From Coriobacteriia bacterium (GTDB taxonomy: Bacteria > Actinomycetota > Coriobacteriia > Anaerosomatales > JAAXUF01), in the NCBI GenBank assembly GCA_038245725.1, contig JBBRSD010000004.1, forward strand, positions 26,591 to 90,590: a stretch of DNA of 64,000 nucleotides. Reading direction: 5' to 3'. Made by a program: the position numbers and the translations under genes. How positions within the stretch are numbered: position 1 is the first letter of the stretch; each line of letters starts with the position of its first letter. Below the pieces are notes generated by a model, which did not search any database, was not told where the DNA came from, and saw only the letters and a program-made list of their open reading frames with translations. Below are positions 29,868 to 39,487 of this stretch, piece after piece.

Positions 29868-31445
29868 ATGAATCCCCACCCAATGGACGGACCGCGTTCG
29901 GCGATCCAGGCTACTAGAAACGGTGTCAACCTTCTCGAACTCTTCGACCTCGACGAGCTTCAGGCGCTGCAGGATGGCTTTGCTGATGCGACTCATGTCG
30001 CAGCGATAATCACCCAGCCCGACGGCACACCGATCACCAGGCCCAGCAACTTCTGCCGCCTATGCGCCGAGGTGATCCGTGGCACGGACGCCGGCCTCGC
30101 GGCGTGCATGCATTCCGACGCCGTGATCGGCAGTCCGAATAGTGTCGGACCAACCGTGCAAACGTGTCTGAGCGGGGGGCTCTGGGACGCCGGAGCCAGC
30201 ATCATCGTCGACGGCGAGCACATCGCCAACTGGCTCATCGGACAGGTGCGCATGACCGAAGAGAACAGCGCGGATATGAGTTCCTTCGCGCGTTCGATCG
30301 GAGCGGATGAAGATGAACTCATGTCCGCGCTGGCCGAAGTGCCGCAGATGTCGGAGAAGCAGTTCCGCTCGATCGCCGACTTCCTCTTCGTCATGGCGGG
30401 TCAGTTGTCGAGGAGCGCGTACCAGAATCTGCTGCAGGCACGATTGATGGAGGAGCGGGAGCGGGTGGTCACAGCCCTCGAAGAGAGCGAGCACCGCTAT
30501 CGCAGACTGTTCGAGCGCTCTCCCGTCAGTTACCAGTCGTTGGATGCCGACGGCCGGTTTCTCATCGTCAACTCCACGTGGCTCGACGTTCTCGGCTACT
30601 CTGAGGACGAGGTCTTGGGGAACTGGTTCGGCGACTTTCTCGCCCCCGCATATCGTGACATATTCAAGGAGCGGTTCCCCCAGTTCATGGCCGCAGGCAA
30701 GATACACACCGAGTTCGAGATGGTGTGCAAGACCGGGGAGATCAAGTTCGTCGGTTTAGACGGAGTCATCGGGCTTGACGCGAACGGCGAGTTCCAGCAA
30801 ACGCATTGCGTGTTCAAGGACATTACGGAGGAGCGGCGAGCGGCCTCGGAACTCGAGAGTGCTCACGACAGGCTCGAGCACCTTCTGAGGGACGTGGTGG
30901 CGACCATGGGCAAGGTGGTCGAGGCTCGAGACCCGTACACGCAAGGACACGAGACCGGGGTTGCCAAGCTGGCGGGGTCGATTGCGCGAGAAATGGGTCT
31001 GACCCAGGACGATGTCGACGCCATTGAGGTTGCAGCGCTCGTCCACGACATCGGAAAGCTCTCTGTGCCGGCCGAGATACTGACCAAGCCGGGCAAGATC
31101 ACTGCCGTTGAGTTCGCAATCATCAAACAGCACCCGCAGGCGGGGTACGACATTTTGAAGGAGATCGATTTTGGCTGGCCGGTCGCCGAGATCGCACTTC
31201 AGCATCACGAAAGGATGGACGGCACCGGGTATCCGAACGGACTCTTGGGAGACGAGACTCTGTTCGCCGCCCGCGTGATCGCCGTGGCAGATGTGGTCGA
31301 GGCTATGGCATCTCATCGACCGTACCGAGCAGCATTAGGGCTCGAAGTCGCTATCGACGAGATCAAAGGTCATGCGGAGAAGTACGACGCGGAGGTGGTA
31401 GCGGCCTGCGTGCGCTTGTACGAGGCTGGAGCCATCGAAGTGTAG
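29868..31445 (+). CDS. PocR-PAS-HD-GYP signalling protein (putative cyclic dinucleotide phosphodiesterase)
   Basis: PocR-type N-terminus (LQDGFA, SNFCRLC, CLSGGLWD, WLIGQV). PAS ending in FKDITE. DPYT.GH, HDIGK, HHERMDGTGYP, HRPYR. Confidence 0.9.
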   Translation: MNPHPMDGPRSAIQATRNGVNLLELFDLDELQALQDGFADATHVAAIITQPDGTPITRPSNFCRLCAEVIRGTDAGLAACMHSDAVIGSPNSVGPTVQTCLSGGLWDAGASIIVDGEHIANWLIGQVRMTEENSADMSSFARSIGADEDELMSALAEVPQMSEKQFRSIADFLFVMAGQLSRSAYQNLLQARLMEERERVVTALEESEHRYRRLFERSPVSYQSLDADGRFLIVNSTWLDVLGYSEDEVLGNWFGDFLAPAYRDIFKERFPQFMAAGKIHTEFEMVCKTGEIKFVGLDGVIGLDANGEFQQTHCVFKDITEERRAASELESAHDRLEHLLRDVVATMGKVVEARDPYTQGHETGVAKLAGSIAREMGLTQDDVDAIEVAALVHDIGKLSVPAEILTKPGKITAVEFAIIKQHPQAGYDILKEIDFGWPVAEIALQHHERMDGTGYPNGLLGDETLFAARVIAVADVVEAMASHRPYRAALGLEVAIDEIKGHAEKYDAEVVAACVRLYEAGAIEV

Positions 31446-31530
31446 GAGTCCGGCAACGGCACGCTTCATGTGCCGATACGAGGGGCCGCGATAACAAGAC
31501 CGCGCACGAATCGCCCACCATGAATGACAC

Positions 31531-31574
31531 AACGCCCCTTTGGGTCTCTCCGGAGATACTCGAAGGGGCGTTTT
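31531..31574. terminator. Long hairpin, probable terminator
   Basis: AACGCCCCTTTGGGT ... ACTCGAAGGGGCGTT ending in TTTT on the + strand. Confidence 0.65.
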
Positions 31575-31790
31575 AGCTGGCGGAAGACCGTGAACCCATC
31601 GGGAAGTGAGCTCGGTTGACTCGCCTGATGCGCCATTGCCGTCACATGTGACGAGTGACCAGATACGCGAAGCCATTCTTCCGTTTCCCTGTAAATGAAG
31701 CGGGCCTTTCGGTCGATGAACGAGGTGACGCACACCTCTACACGGCAGGATACTCAGCGAATGAGTTCGGCGACACGAGCGATAAAGAAT

Positions 31791-33341
31791 ATGCCATGCC
31801 GGCGACCGGGCGTGCCGTCTTGGCACGTGGCATGGCTACTGGCCGCCAGCATCGTAGCGGCAAGCGCTTCGGTCGCCGCACCGTCTTTGGCTGCCACTGA
31901 TACGCTTCTCGCGACCTCCAGCGGCGCATCGTCGAGTGTATCGTCGGCGACTGCGAGGACTGTAGCTACACCATGCTCGTCCAGTCCTTTCGTCAGCGAT
32001 TCCTCAAAGAAGACCTGGTACCGCATTCCAGCGATGATCCAGAACGCGCAGGGCCAGCTCCTGGTCTTCGCCGAGAAGCGCGACAACGATTCGAGTTCTG
32101 ACTTCGGGAACTTCAATATCGTCATGCGCAAGTCCACCGACGGCGGTCGCACGTGGGGTGCGCTGAAGACTGTCGCCGATGACGGTGAGAACCGAGTATC
32201 GAACCCGGTCCCGGTACTCGATCCAGGGACAGGAGATGTGCTTCTGATCTCGTGCATCCGCAACGCGAACAGCACGTACAAGGGGCTGTTCCTCCAAAGA
32301 AGCACCAATGGCGGAGACACCTTCTCACCCCTGTCCGCAGGCCAAATCAAGCCCCGCGGATTCTGGAAGGGTGGTCTGACGGGACCCGGTCACGGAGTGG
32401 TTCTGTCGCAAGGCTCGCATGCGGGCCGAATCGTTGTCGCGATGGGCTACCGGAAGGCCGACTACCACGGCGCTTACGGCATCTACAGTGATGATGGGGG
32501 GGTGTCATGGTCCACCGGATACGACCAAGCCGACAAGTCCGGCAAAACCGCGATCATGGAAGGCACAATTGCGGAACTGCCGACAGGCAGACTCTACATC
32601 GGCTATAGAGATGGGAGCAGTACCACACCCGGTAAGACGCGTCTGAGCGCGTTCTCGATGGACGGAGGGGCTTCCCTCTCAACAACTCTCGCGCCTCAGC
32701 CCACCTTGAGGACCCCTTCGGTTGAAGGTAGCGTGGTCAGTCTCAGTGGTACACACAGCGGAACGATGCTGTTCTCAAGCCCCACCTACGTCAACGAAGA
32801 GCACTTGGGCCTTCGCAGATACATGGGCATCTTCCTGAGCGGGGACGATGGCGTTACGTGGCGCCGGCCCTATCACGTCGATTTGGGGCCCAAACCGGCG
32901 GCGTACTCCGATCTCATCCAACTGGATGACGGTTCTGTCGGCATCATCTACGAAACGGGCAAGTCGTCATGGCGCGAAAGGATCACGTTTCGATCGATTC
33001 GTATCGGACAGCTAGTGAACCCGACGAAAGTTGCAGCCGGGCTCGAGGCGACCTTGAGATCCAGGACAGTCACTACCGCTGGACACGCCAAGGTGAAAGT
33101 CGCGGTGAGCCTTGCCGGCGTCACTTCTCCGCCCGGCAGTGTGAGCGTCAGGTTTACGGGTCCGAGCCGCAAGGCCCGCGTCCGGACGGTCACACTGACT
33201 TATTTCAGCGGGGGTGTGAGGTACGTCTCGCTGCCCAAGCTGAAGAAGGGTCGCTACGCCATCTCCGTCCGCTACTCAGGTACTGATCGCATCATCGGGA
33301 GGGTGATGTCGCTGGGCACACTCCGCGTCCGGAAATCGTAG
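31791..33341 (+). CDS. Secreted sialidase-family (GH33) protein with C-terminal Ig-like domain
   Basis: Signal peptide, YRIP, five Asp-box-like motifs (STDGGRTW, STNGGDTF, SDDGGVSW, SMDGGASL, GDDGVTW), AYSDL, IYE. Start uncertain; frame is open from 31695. Confidence 0.88.
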   Translation: MPCRRPGVPSWHVAWLLAASIVAASASVAAPSLAATDTLLATSSGASSSVSSATARTVATPCSSSPFVSDSSKKTWYRIPAMIQNAQGQLLVFAEKRDNDSSSDFGNFNIVMRKSTDGGRTWGALKTVADDGENRVSNPVPVLDPGTGDVLLISCIRNANSTYKGLFLQRSTNGGDTFSPLSAGQIKPRGFWKGGLTGPGHGVVLSQGSHAGRIVVAMGYRKADYHGAYGIYSDDGGVSWSTGYDQADKSGKTAIMEGTIAELPTGRLYIGYRDGSSTTPGKTRLSAFSMDGGASLSTTLAPQPTLRTPSVEGSVVSLSGTHSGTMLFSSPTYVNEEHLGLRRYMGIFLSGDDGVTWRRPYHVDLGPKPAAYSDLIQLDDGSVGIIYETGKSSWRERITFRSIRIGQLVNPTKVAAGLEATLRSRTVTTAGHAKVKVAVSLAGVTSPPGSVSVRFTGPSRKARVRTVTLTYFSGGVRYVSLPKLKKGRYAISVRYSGTDRIIGRVMSLGTLRVRKS

Positions 33342-33372
33342 GTAGCCAGAGTCGCTGGACGGACATGTGCTC

Positions 33373-33942
33373 CTATAACCGCCGAGCATGGCGAATTGGA
33401 TGCGCGACGTCGCGAGAGATCGACGCGCCGATCGCGAGCGACACGAGTCCTGCCATCGAGCCTACATCAATCGGTGAACCTGCAATATAGGATCGGGAGC
33501 TCAGCATGAGGCCTGAACACGGTGTCGGAGACGGACATGGCAACGAGTCCTGCGACGCCGGTCCGCCAAGGCCAGCCGAGCGAACCCATGCCCAACTTCC
33601 GCACGACAGCACAATGAAAACCGCAGGCCCAAACCCCGGAGAACGACGTCTTCGAGCGGATTGAACACGTTCAGCGTATTAGTCGCGAGCGAAAGGGTGC
33701 AGTCGCGACCAACATGATCACGATCGCCGACGCGCCGATGGAGTCGTCCAAGAACGCGAGTGAACAGAGCACTCCCGTGTTCGCCTGCAGACCGAATATC
33801 CCATGGGCAAATGCACCGTCCCGAGAATCCCTGCCAAAGCGAGAATCCGAGTCCGTACGGATATGATGACGAGGTGCGGATGGTGAGCTTGTTCCACGGC
33901 CGCCCGTAGAGCTAATCTTGCCGTCTTGGCTCGCCAGACCAT
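33373..33942 (-). pseudogene. Possible decayed membrane-protein gene remnant
   Basis: Hydrophobic segments in successive different minus-strand frames. No single long ORF. Confidence 0.2.
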
Positions 33943-34029
33943 CGGATGAGCAGCAACTTGACCGGGAACAAGCGTGCAACTGCGACAGGTGGATGTGTTC
34001 GATCGAGGTTTCGCGCGTCAGGAGGGGCA

Positions 34030-34060
34030 GAGGAGCCCTGACGATTCGTCAGGGCTCCTC
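34030..34060 (-). terminator. Hairpin downstream of multicopper oxidase
   Basis: Perfect inverted repeat GAGGAGCCCTGACGA / TCGTCAGGGCTCCTC about 30 nt past the stop. Confidence 0.7.
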
Positions 34061-34092
34061 CGTACCGCAATTCTCGTTTGGTGGTCAGCCCC

Positions 34093-37000
34093 CTATGGCA
34101 GGGTCCGGCTCGTGATCATTGCGGAGTTGGTAGCGCCGCCAGCGTTGACCGCTTGGACTCGGATCCAGTAGTTGGTGTTCGGAATCAGCCCGCCCATCAA
34201 TCTCGATGTGACGGTAGCGGCAAGCGTACCTTGGGTGGTCCAAGGGCCGACGGAACCGGTTCTGCTGAACTGGACGCGCAGACTCGTTGCAGGTGTTCCT
34301 CCGACGGGGTTGGTCCACGCCACCGTCAAGGAGCCTCGAGTCGCAGGTGCCGAGAAGTGGAGATTGGTGCGAGCCAGAGGGGGAGTCGTCGGCGCGATTG
34401 CGTTGGCGACGTTAGTCCACTCTGAGAACGAGACGGAAGTCTCAGCCCTGACGCGGTAGTAATAGTGCACGCCGTTCACAATTGCGCTGTCCACATAGCT
34501 CGAGGGCGTGCCAGCGAGCGTGTGTGTCACCACCCCGGTCGTGAAGGCAGCGTTGGTCGCCCTCTGAACGTAGTAGTTAGTCGCGGCCGGAGACGTTGCG
34601 CGATTGATCCAGTGCAGGGTCAGCTTGATCGGCCCCAGACTCGGTATCAGGGTCAATGTCGTCGGCGCTTCAGGGGAGACCTCGAAGACGAACGGCCGCA
34701 TCATGTCGTTCTCTTCGTGGCCGAGCAGGTGGCAGTGCCACACGTACTCCCAGCCGAAGTTCGTCATTGAGTTAGTGACCGTCGTGCCCAATTGGTCGAC
34801 GAAGGTCGAGCCTACAGGCAGGGCCGGATTGAGCGGACGAATGCTGTCACCAAGCTTGAACGGTAGCTTCGGAACCATCGGTCGCATCGCAATGATGACG
34901 TCTTGACCCGGGTTCATGCGGATCGTCTCTTTCCAACCTAGTTCGTTGGCATCAGGGACGAACAACTGGCCGTCCAGCGCGATGCGGTTGATGAGCTGAA
35001 CGTTCATCAGGTGGAAGTGGATGGCGTGAGTATCCACGCCCTGATGGTCGATTCGCCAGATCTGCGTTCCATCGGCCAGTGCACCGATGGCCGTTCCAGG
35101 AATCGTGTTGGTTGTAATGTCTGTCGGCGGGTCGACGTAATCGAACGGAGTCGCTGCGCCGGCCGCAGGTCCGAAGTTAGGCAAGGTCCCGCCGAGGTTT
35201 GCGTTCATCCGGCCGAAGTCCGGGTCGAAGCCCTCGATGATGGCCTTCTCGTTCATGCTGAAGGTGACCGTCGCCGCGTGGCTTGCGGGCGAGAAGCTAA
35301 TCGACGTGTCGGTGGCATGGACGTAGTTGTTCCTAAACGTCGAGTTGAAGGTGGGTCCGTACACGGCTTCCGGTACGATCGGCTTGTCCTGGGTCGCAGC
35401 GTACGCGGCCTTCAGTCCCGTCGAAAGGGCGGGCAAGCTGAATGTAGCATCCGGCGTCGACGAGGTAACTTGGATCTGCATGACCGTACGCGTGTTGGGA
35501 CCGTAGCCCGGCTGCGTGGTGGGAGCGCCACCGCTCGAAAGTTGGTCCACATCGCCTGTGTAGTAGTCCAAGCGCGCGTCGAATGCGGGGACCGGCGCGG
35601 GCGCGTCGTTGTACAAGATGAGTTTGGAATCGTTCGGCACACCCGAGAAGTCGACGATGACATCTGCGCGCTCGGCCGGGCCGAGGAACAGCGTCTTGCT
35701 CGTGACGTTGAGCACCGTGATGGTCCGGCGGAAGTACTCATAGCCCACTGGGTTGTTCGGAAGCACGGTAGCCGACGGCAGGAACCCGCCCTCGGTGCCG
35801 ATCTGAATCATCGACGGACCAACAGCACTGGGGTCAGGCACTCCGCCATCGCGACCATCGGTCGGCCACGATGCGGGCCACGTCGACGTGCGCGACGCAG
35901 GAACCATCGGGACTTCACCGGCGTTACCATCGACCAGCGTCATACTTGCAGCATTGCTGCCCCACATCTGGCCGTTGGACTTGGCGAAGTAGAGCTGCAG
36001 GTTCAGCGAACGGTCGTTACATGCGTTGAGGATGCGGAAGCGATACGCCTTGCGACTCACCTGAACAACCGGGTAGGCCGTGCCGTTGACGAGCGGCGTA
36101 TCCATGAAGGCTTCAGGCACGATTGTCGGAGTTGGCGTCCCCGGAACCATCTTCGGCTGGCCAACCTGACCCCAGTAAGGGTTCGGAATCGGAGTGCCGA
36201 ACGTGCCTCCTCCAGCGATGCCCGGTATCGGGATGATCGGCGGATAGAACCATGGGTTGTAGTCCCAGCGGCCCATCGCACTCACACCGAAGAGCTCGTT
36301 GTCGAAGATGTCGTTGCCCGAGATCTGGTTCGGCATATAGACGTGCGGCAACCACAGATTGCCCGGGCCGCCCCATTTCGCCTGATCCCAAGTGGGATCC
36401 TCGGACGCGATTTGGCTGACGCTCGGAACGAACGTCTTGTCCTGTATGACCAGCGGAAGCTGAGCGGCAGGGATCGTGCCCGCAGAAACGGTGAAGGTCG
36501 ATCCATTTGCTTTGAAGGTGCCGCCGTTGACGAGCTTCTGCTCAATAGGGTCCTGAAGCAGATACCCGGCGGCTTCACCAGCGTACACGTTGAGGCGGGT
36601 GAGACCGTAGGAGTGATCGTGGTAGAACATCAACCGGGCGCTCTGTTGGTTCGTATAGTAGAACGTAATGGTTCCGCTACCGGCGCTGTTCGACGCACCA
36701 GCGGTTCCCGTAGCGACGGGATTGCCCGACGAGTTGAACCACATGTCCGGGACATTCTTCACACTCACGCCTACGGGATAGGTAGTGACCTCACCGGCAG
36801 GGGTCGTCCACTGGTGCGGCGTGCCGTCGCTGATCCAGGGCGTCGCGCCACCGTGAAGGTGGAGCGTTGCGCGGTTCTGAGAGTAGTCTCCGCCGTTCGG
36901 GCCCATGCCCGCACCCATGATCGTGGTGTCGGTCGGCAGGAATAGGTTGCCGCCTGCGCCAGTCGGCAGCTTGTTGACGAACTTAACGCGGACCGGTCGG

Positions 37001-37665
37001 TCCTTCTGCGCGATGATCAGCGGGCCCAAATAGTGGAATTTGCTCACGGCAGTATCGGTGGTGTTTGTCTGCCGATAACCGCGGAGTGTGGTCGCCGGGA
37101 TGTCAGACCCCAGCTTCTCGGTGTACTGACCCAGCTCGATAACGTAGTAGTCCGAGCCCGGGAACGATGTCTTGTCGGGCACGGCGACCGGCAGATACTG
37201 GCCCAGGTTGTTGGCCGCACCTACACCGAGTCCTGGCAGGGTGTCTACGAACTTCCTGATACCGGTGCCGGGGATGGCATTGCCACTTGCGTCGAGGTCA
37301 GGAAGGGGACTGTTGGCGTAGTTGGCGACGTTGTAATAGTCCGGTGTTGCGTTCGGCGTCAAGGTTGCCGCAACTGCGCTTGGCGCGCGCATGGCGGCGA
37401 GCGGATTGTTGCCCTTGAGCAGCGCACTCAGAGCAGAGTTGAGTGGGCTTGAACTCTTGAGTGCCCGATATTTCGTTAAGCGCGCTGCAGAAGCGCGCCT
37501 CTGAGCGTTAGTGACTTCGTGTACGGCCTGAGCCTTAAGTGATGACGTCGTCTGTTGAGGTACGATCCGCCCGCGACTTCGTTGCGCGGCGATTCCTTGC
37601 GCGGCGCCCCACGACAGGCCCAGTACGAGCACTGTCACGAGAATCCACATACGTCGCTTCCCCAT
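34093..37665 (-). CDS. Large secreted multicopper oxidase with two C-terminal fibronectin type III domains
   Basis: Signal peptide. All four Cu motifs: HLHG, FYHDH, HAIHFH, WHCHLLGHEENDMM. FN3 signatures YYYRVRA and YWIRVQAVN. ATG at 37665 after AAGGGAG. Confidence 0.92.
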   Translation of the reverse strand: MGKRRMWILVTVLVLGLSWGAAQGIAAQRSRGRIVPQQTTSSLKAQAVHEVTNAQRRASAARLTKYRALKSSSPLNSALSALLKGNNPLAAMRAPSAVAATLTPNATPDYYNVANYANSPLPDLDASGNAIPGTGIRKFVDTLPGLGVGAANNLGQYLPVAVPDKTSFPGSDYYVIELGQYTEKLGSDIPATTLRGYRQTNTTDTAVSKFHYLGPLIIAQKDRPVRVKFVNKLPTGAGGNLFLPTDTTIMGAGMGPNGGDYSQNRATLHLHGGATPWISDGTPHQWTTPAGEVTTYPVGVSVKNVPDMWFNSSGNPVATGTAGASNSAGSGTITFYYTNQQSARLMFYHDHSYGLTRLNVYAGEAAGYLLQDPIEQKLVNGGTFKANGSTFTVSAGTIPAAQLPLVIQDKTFVPSVSQIASEDPTWDQAKWGGPGNLWLPHVYMPNQISGNDIFDNELFGVSAMGRWDYNPWFYPPIIPIPGIAGGGTFGTPIPNPYWGQVGQPKMVPGTPTPTIVPEAFMDTPLVNGTAYPVVQVSRKAYRFRILNACNDRSLNLQLYFAKSNGQMWGSNAASMTLVDGNAGEVPMVPASRTSTWPASWPTDGRDGGVPDPSAVGPSMIQIGTEGGFLPSATVLPNNPVGYEYFRRTITVLNVTSKTLFLGPAERADVIVDFSGVPNDSKLILYNDAPAPVPAFDARLDYYTGDVDQLSSGGAPTTQPGYGPNTRTVMQIQVTSSTPDATFSLPALSTGLKAAYAATQDKPIVPEAVYGPTFNSTFRNNYVHATDTSISFSPASHAATVTFSMNEKAIIEGFDPDFGRMNANLGGTLPNFGPAAGAATPFDYVDPPTDITTNTIPGTAIGALADGTQIWRIDHQGVDTHAIHFHLMNVQLINRIALDGQLFVPDANELGWKETIRMNPGQDVIIAMRPMVPKLPFKLGDSIRPLNPALPVGSTFVDQLGTTVTNSMTNFGWEYVWHCHLLGHEENDMMRPFVFEVSPEAPTTLTLIPSLGPIKLTLHWINRATSPAATNYYVQRATNAAFTTGVVTHTLAGTPSSYVDSAIVNGVHYYYRVRAETSVSFSEWTNVANAIAPTTPPLARTNLHFSAPATRGSLTVAWTNPVGGTPATSLRVQFSRTGSVGPWTTQGTLAATVTSRLMGGLIPNTNYWIRVQAVNAGGATNSAMITSRTLP

Positions 37666-38011
37666 AATGCGCGCTCCCTTCCTCTCACTTGCTTGCATCT
37701 ATCTTGCGGTAGCAGCGCCGGATACGTTCCCATGCTCTGACGCCTGCGAGGGCGCGCTTCGCATCCGGAAAACAGGCCGAAAGCGTCGCGAGCAAACCCG
37801 ACAGGGGTTCATCACACTGAAGCCGAGAAGATAAGCTGTCTGTTCGGGAAGACGTGGGGTATCCTAAGGGCAGTCGGTGACTGTCCTGTGGGACAGGTTC
37901 CCGAATGACGACGCGTCCGGCTGTTGCAGTGACTTTGCTGAGACTTTCGTCCGACCCGGCTCGAGAGGTATCAAACGCACGTCGACTGCAAGCCAAGAAA
38001 GCGGGTCTGCG

Positions 38012-38752
38012 ATGAAGTCCGTTGCGAAGAAGGAATCTGCGGGTTCGCACGTGGCGTGTGATTCGGGCATTGCCGCCTCACGCCATGTGAGTGAAGTGAG
38101 GACGTCGTCTTGCGCGCGGAATCACTCGCTCGATCTCGCTGAGCGGCAGCTGAGGCAGATCGCTTTCGATCTGCACGACGGACCGCTTCAAGCACTGTCT
38201 GCGGCGGCGGCGATGCTCGTTGGGGCCGAACGTACGGCTGACATTGAGTCGGCACGCGCACAAGCGGCTGCGGCCAGCGGATTTCTCGATTGCGCATTCC
38301 TGGAGCTGCGTTCAATTGTGGGCGAGCTGCGGCCGCAAGCCCTCGACGCCGATGGCGTCATCGCGAAGTTGAAGGACTACGTAGAGGAATTCGAGGCGCA
38401 CTGGGGTCTCCCCGTCGTGCTCAGTTCATTGGGCAACCCAAGATCGCTTAACGATGCGATGCAGGTGTTGATCTTCCGCGTAGTGCAAGAGTCTCTATCG
38501 AACGCACGGAAGCATGCCGAGCCCAGCCGGGTTGAGGTCGAAGTCGCGTTCGGCGACAGCTGCATCAACATCTCGATCCACGACGACGGTGTCGGCTTTG
38601 ACGAGCAGGCCGTCGACGGACGGTGGAGTCGTGAACGTAGGGGCCTTCTCGGCATGCGGGAGCGGGTGTCTCTCGCCGGAGGGTCCTTGTGCATCACCTC
38701 CGCTCGTCATGATGGAACTCGCGTTACCGCTTGCATCCCTGTGGAGTACTGA
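38012..38752 (+). CDS. Sensor-less histidine kinase (HisKA_3 + HATPase)
   Basis: IAFDLHDGPLQ H-box, QESLSNARKHA, DDGVGF, GLLGMRER. Start uncertain. Confidence 0.85.
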   Translation: MKSVAKKESAGSHVACDSGIAASRHVSEVRTSSCARNHSLDLAERQLRQIAFDLHDGPLQALSAAAAMLVGAERTADIESARAQAAAASGFLDCAFLELRSIVGELRPQALDADGVIAKLKDYVEEFEAHWGLPVVLSSLGNPRSLNDAMQVLIFRVVQESLSNARKHAEPSRVEVEVAFGDSCINISIHDDGVGFDEQAVDGRWSRERRGLLGMRERVSLAGGSLCITSARHDGTRVTACIPVEY

Positions 38753-39423
38753 TGACGAAGAACCCAATGAAGCGCCATGGTATTCGAGTTGAAATCGTCG
38801 ACGACCACGCGTTGATACGTGATGCGATCCGTCTCGCCCTCAAGTCCGAAGAATCTATCGGACACATCGAGGTGGCCCGCAGCGCAGCGGAGGCGATCTC
38901 GGTTGCCCGAGCTACCTCACCTGACGTCATCATCCTTGATTACCGTCTCCCCGACGGCGATGCGCCTGACGTGATCGACCGACTTCGCGAGCAGGGATGC
39001 CAAGCCGAGATCGTCGTCCTGACGAGTTTTGGCGAGAGACGCAACATCCGGGCTGCCCTGGATCATGGAGCCCGTGCGTTCCTGACGAAACGAGCCACAG
39101 ACATGGAGCGGTTGGCGACTGCAGTCGTGAATGCCGCGGCAGGCCGAGACACCATGTCGGAGGACGCACTGGCGGAGTTCTTGAACTCCGTGCGCGAGGG
39201 AGCACCCGCGCACTCGCAGAGAGAGATGACCTCGCGAGAGAAGGAGATATGGCGACTCGTTGCCAAGGGCAAGAGCAATTCCGAGATCGCGGCTGCGGTG
39301 TTCGTCACAGAACGAACCGTGAAGTACCACATCAGCAATCTCTTGCAGAAGACCGGTTCGCGCTCGCGGGCTGAACTCGTCGCCGCCGCCTACATGAGCG
39401 GCTCGATGGATGCTACCGCGTGA
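38752..39423 (+). CDS. NarL/LuxR-family response regulator
   Basis: VDDH, LDYRLPD, LTSF, FLTK receiver motifs. TSREKEI...GKSNSEIA...TVKYH HTH. Confidence 0.93.
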   Translation: MTKNPMKRHGIRVEIVDDHALIRDAIRLALKSEESIGHIEVARSAAEAISVARATSPDVIILDYRLPDGDAPDVIDRLREQGCQAEIVVLTSFGERRNIRAALDHGARAFLTKRATDMERLATAVVNAAAGRDTMSEDALAEFLNSVREGAPAHSQREMTSREKEIWRLVAKGKSNSEIAAAVFVTERTVKYHISNLLQKTGSRSRAELVAAAYMSGSMDATA

Positions 39424-39487
39424 ACGCGGGACATGAGTGGGAGCGAGATACTCCCGCGAAGGAATACAGATGGTAGACTGCTGAGCT

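Noticed and set aside
35011-36945. 644-aa plus-strand ORF
   Set aside because: Antisense shadow of the multicopper oxidase. Arg/Val-rich with no motifs.
37666-37835. Riboswitch upstream of the multicopper oxidase
   Set aside because: No recognisable c-di-GMP or metal riboswitch consensus on the minus strand.
29630-39480. Integrative element at tRNA-Val
   Set aside because: Accessory-looking genes, but I found no integrase, transposase or attR repeat.
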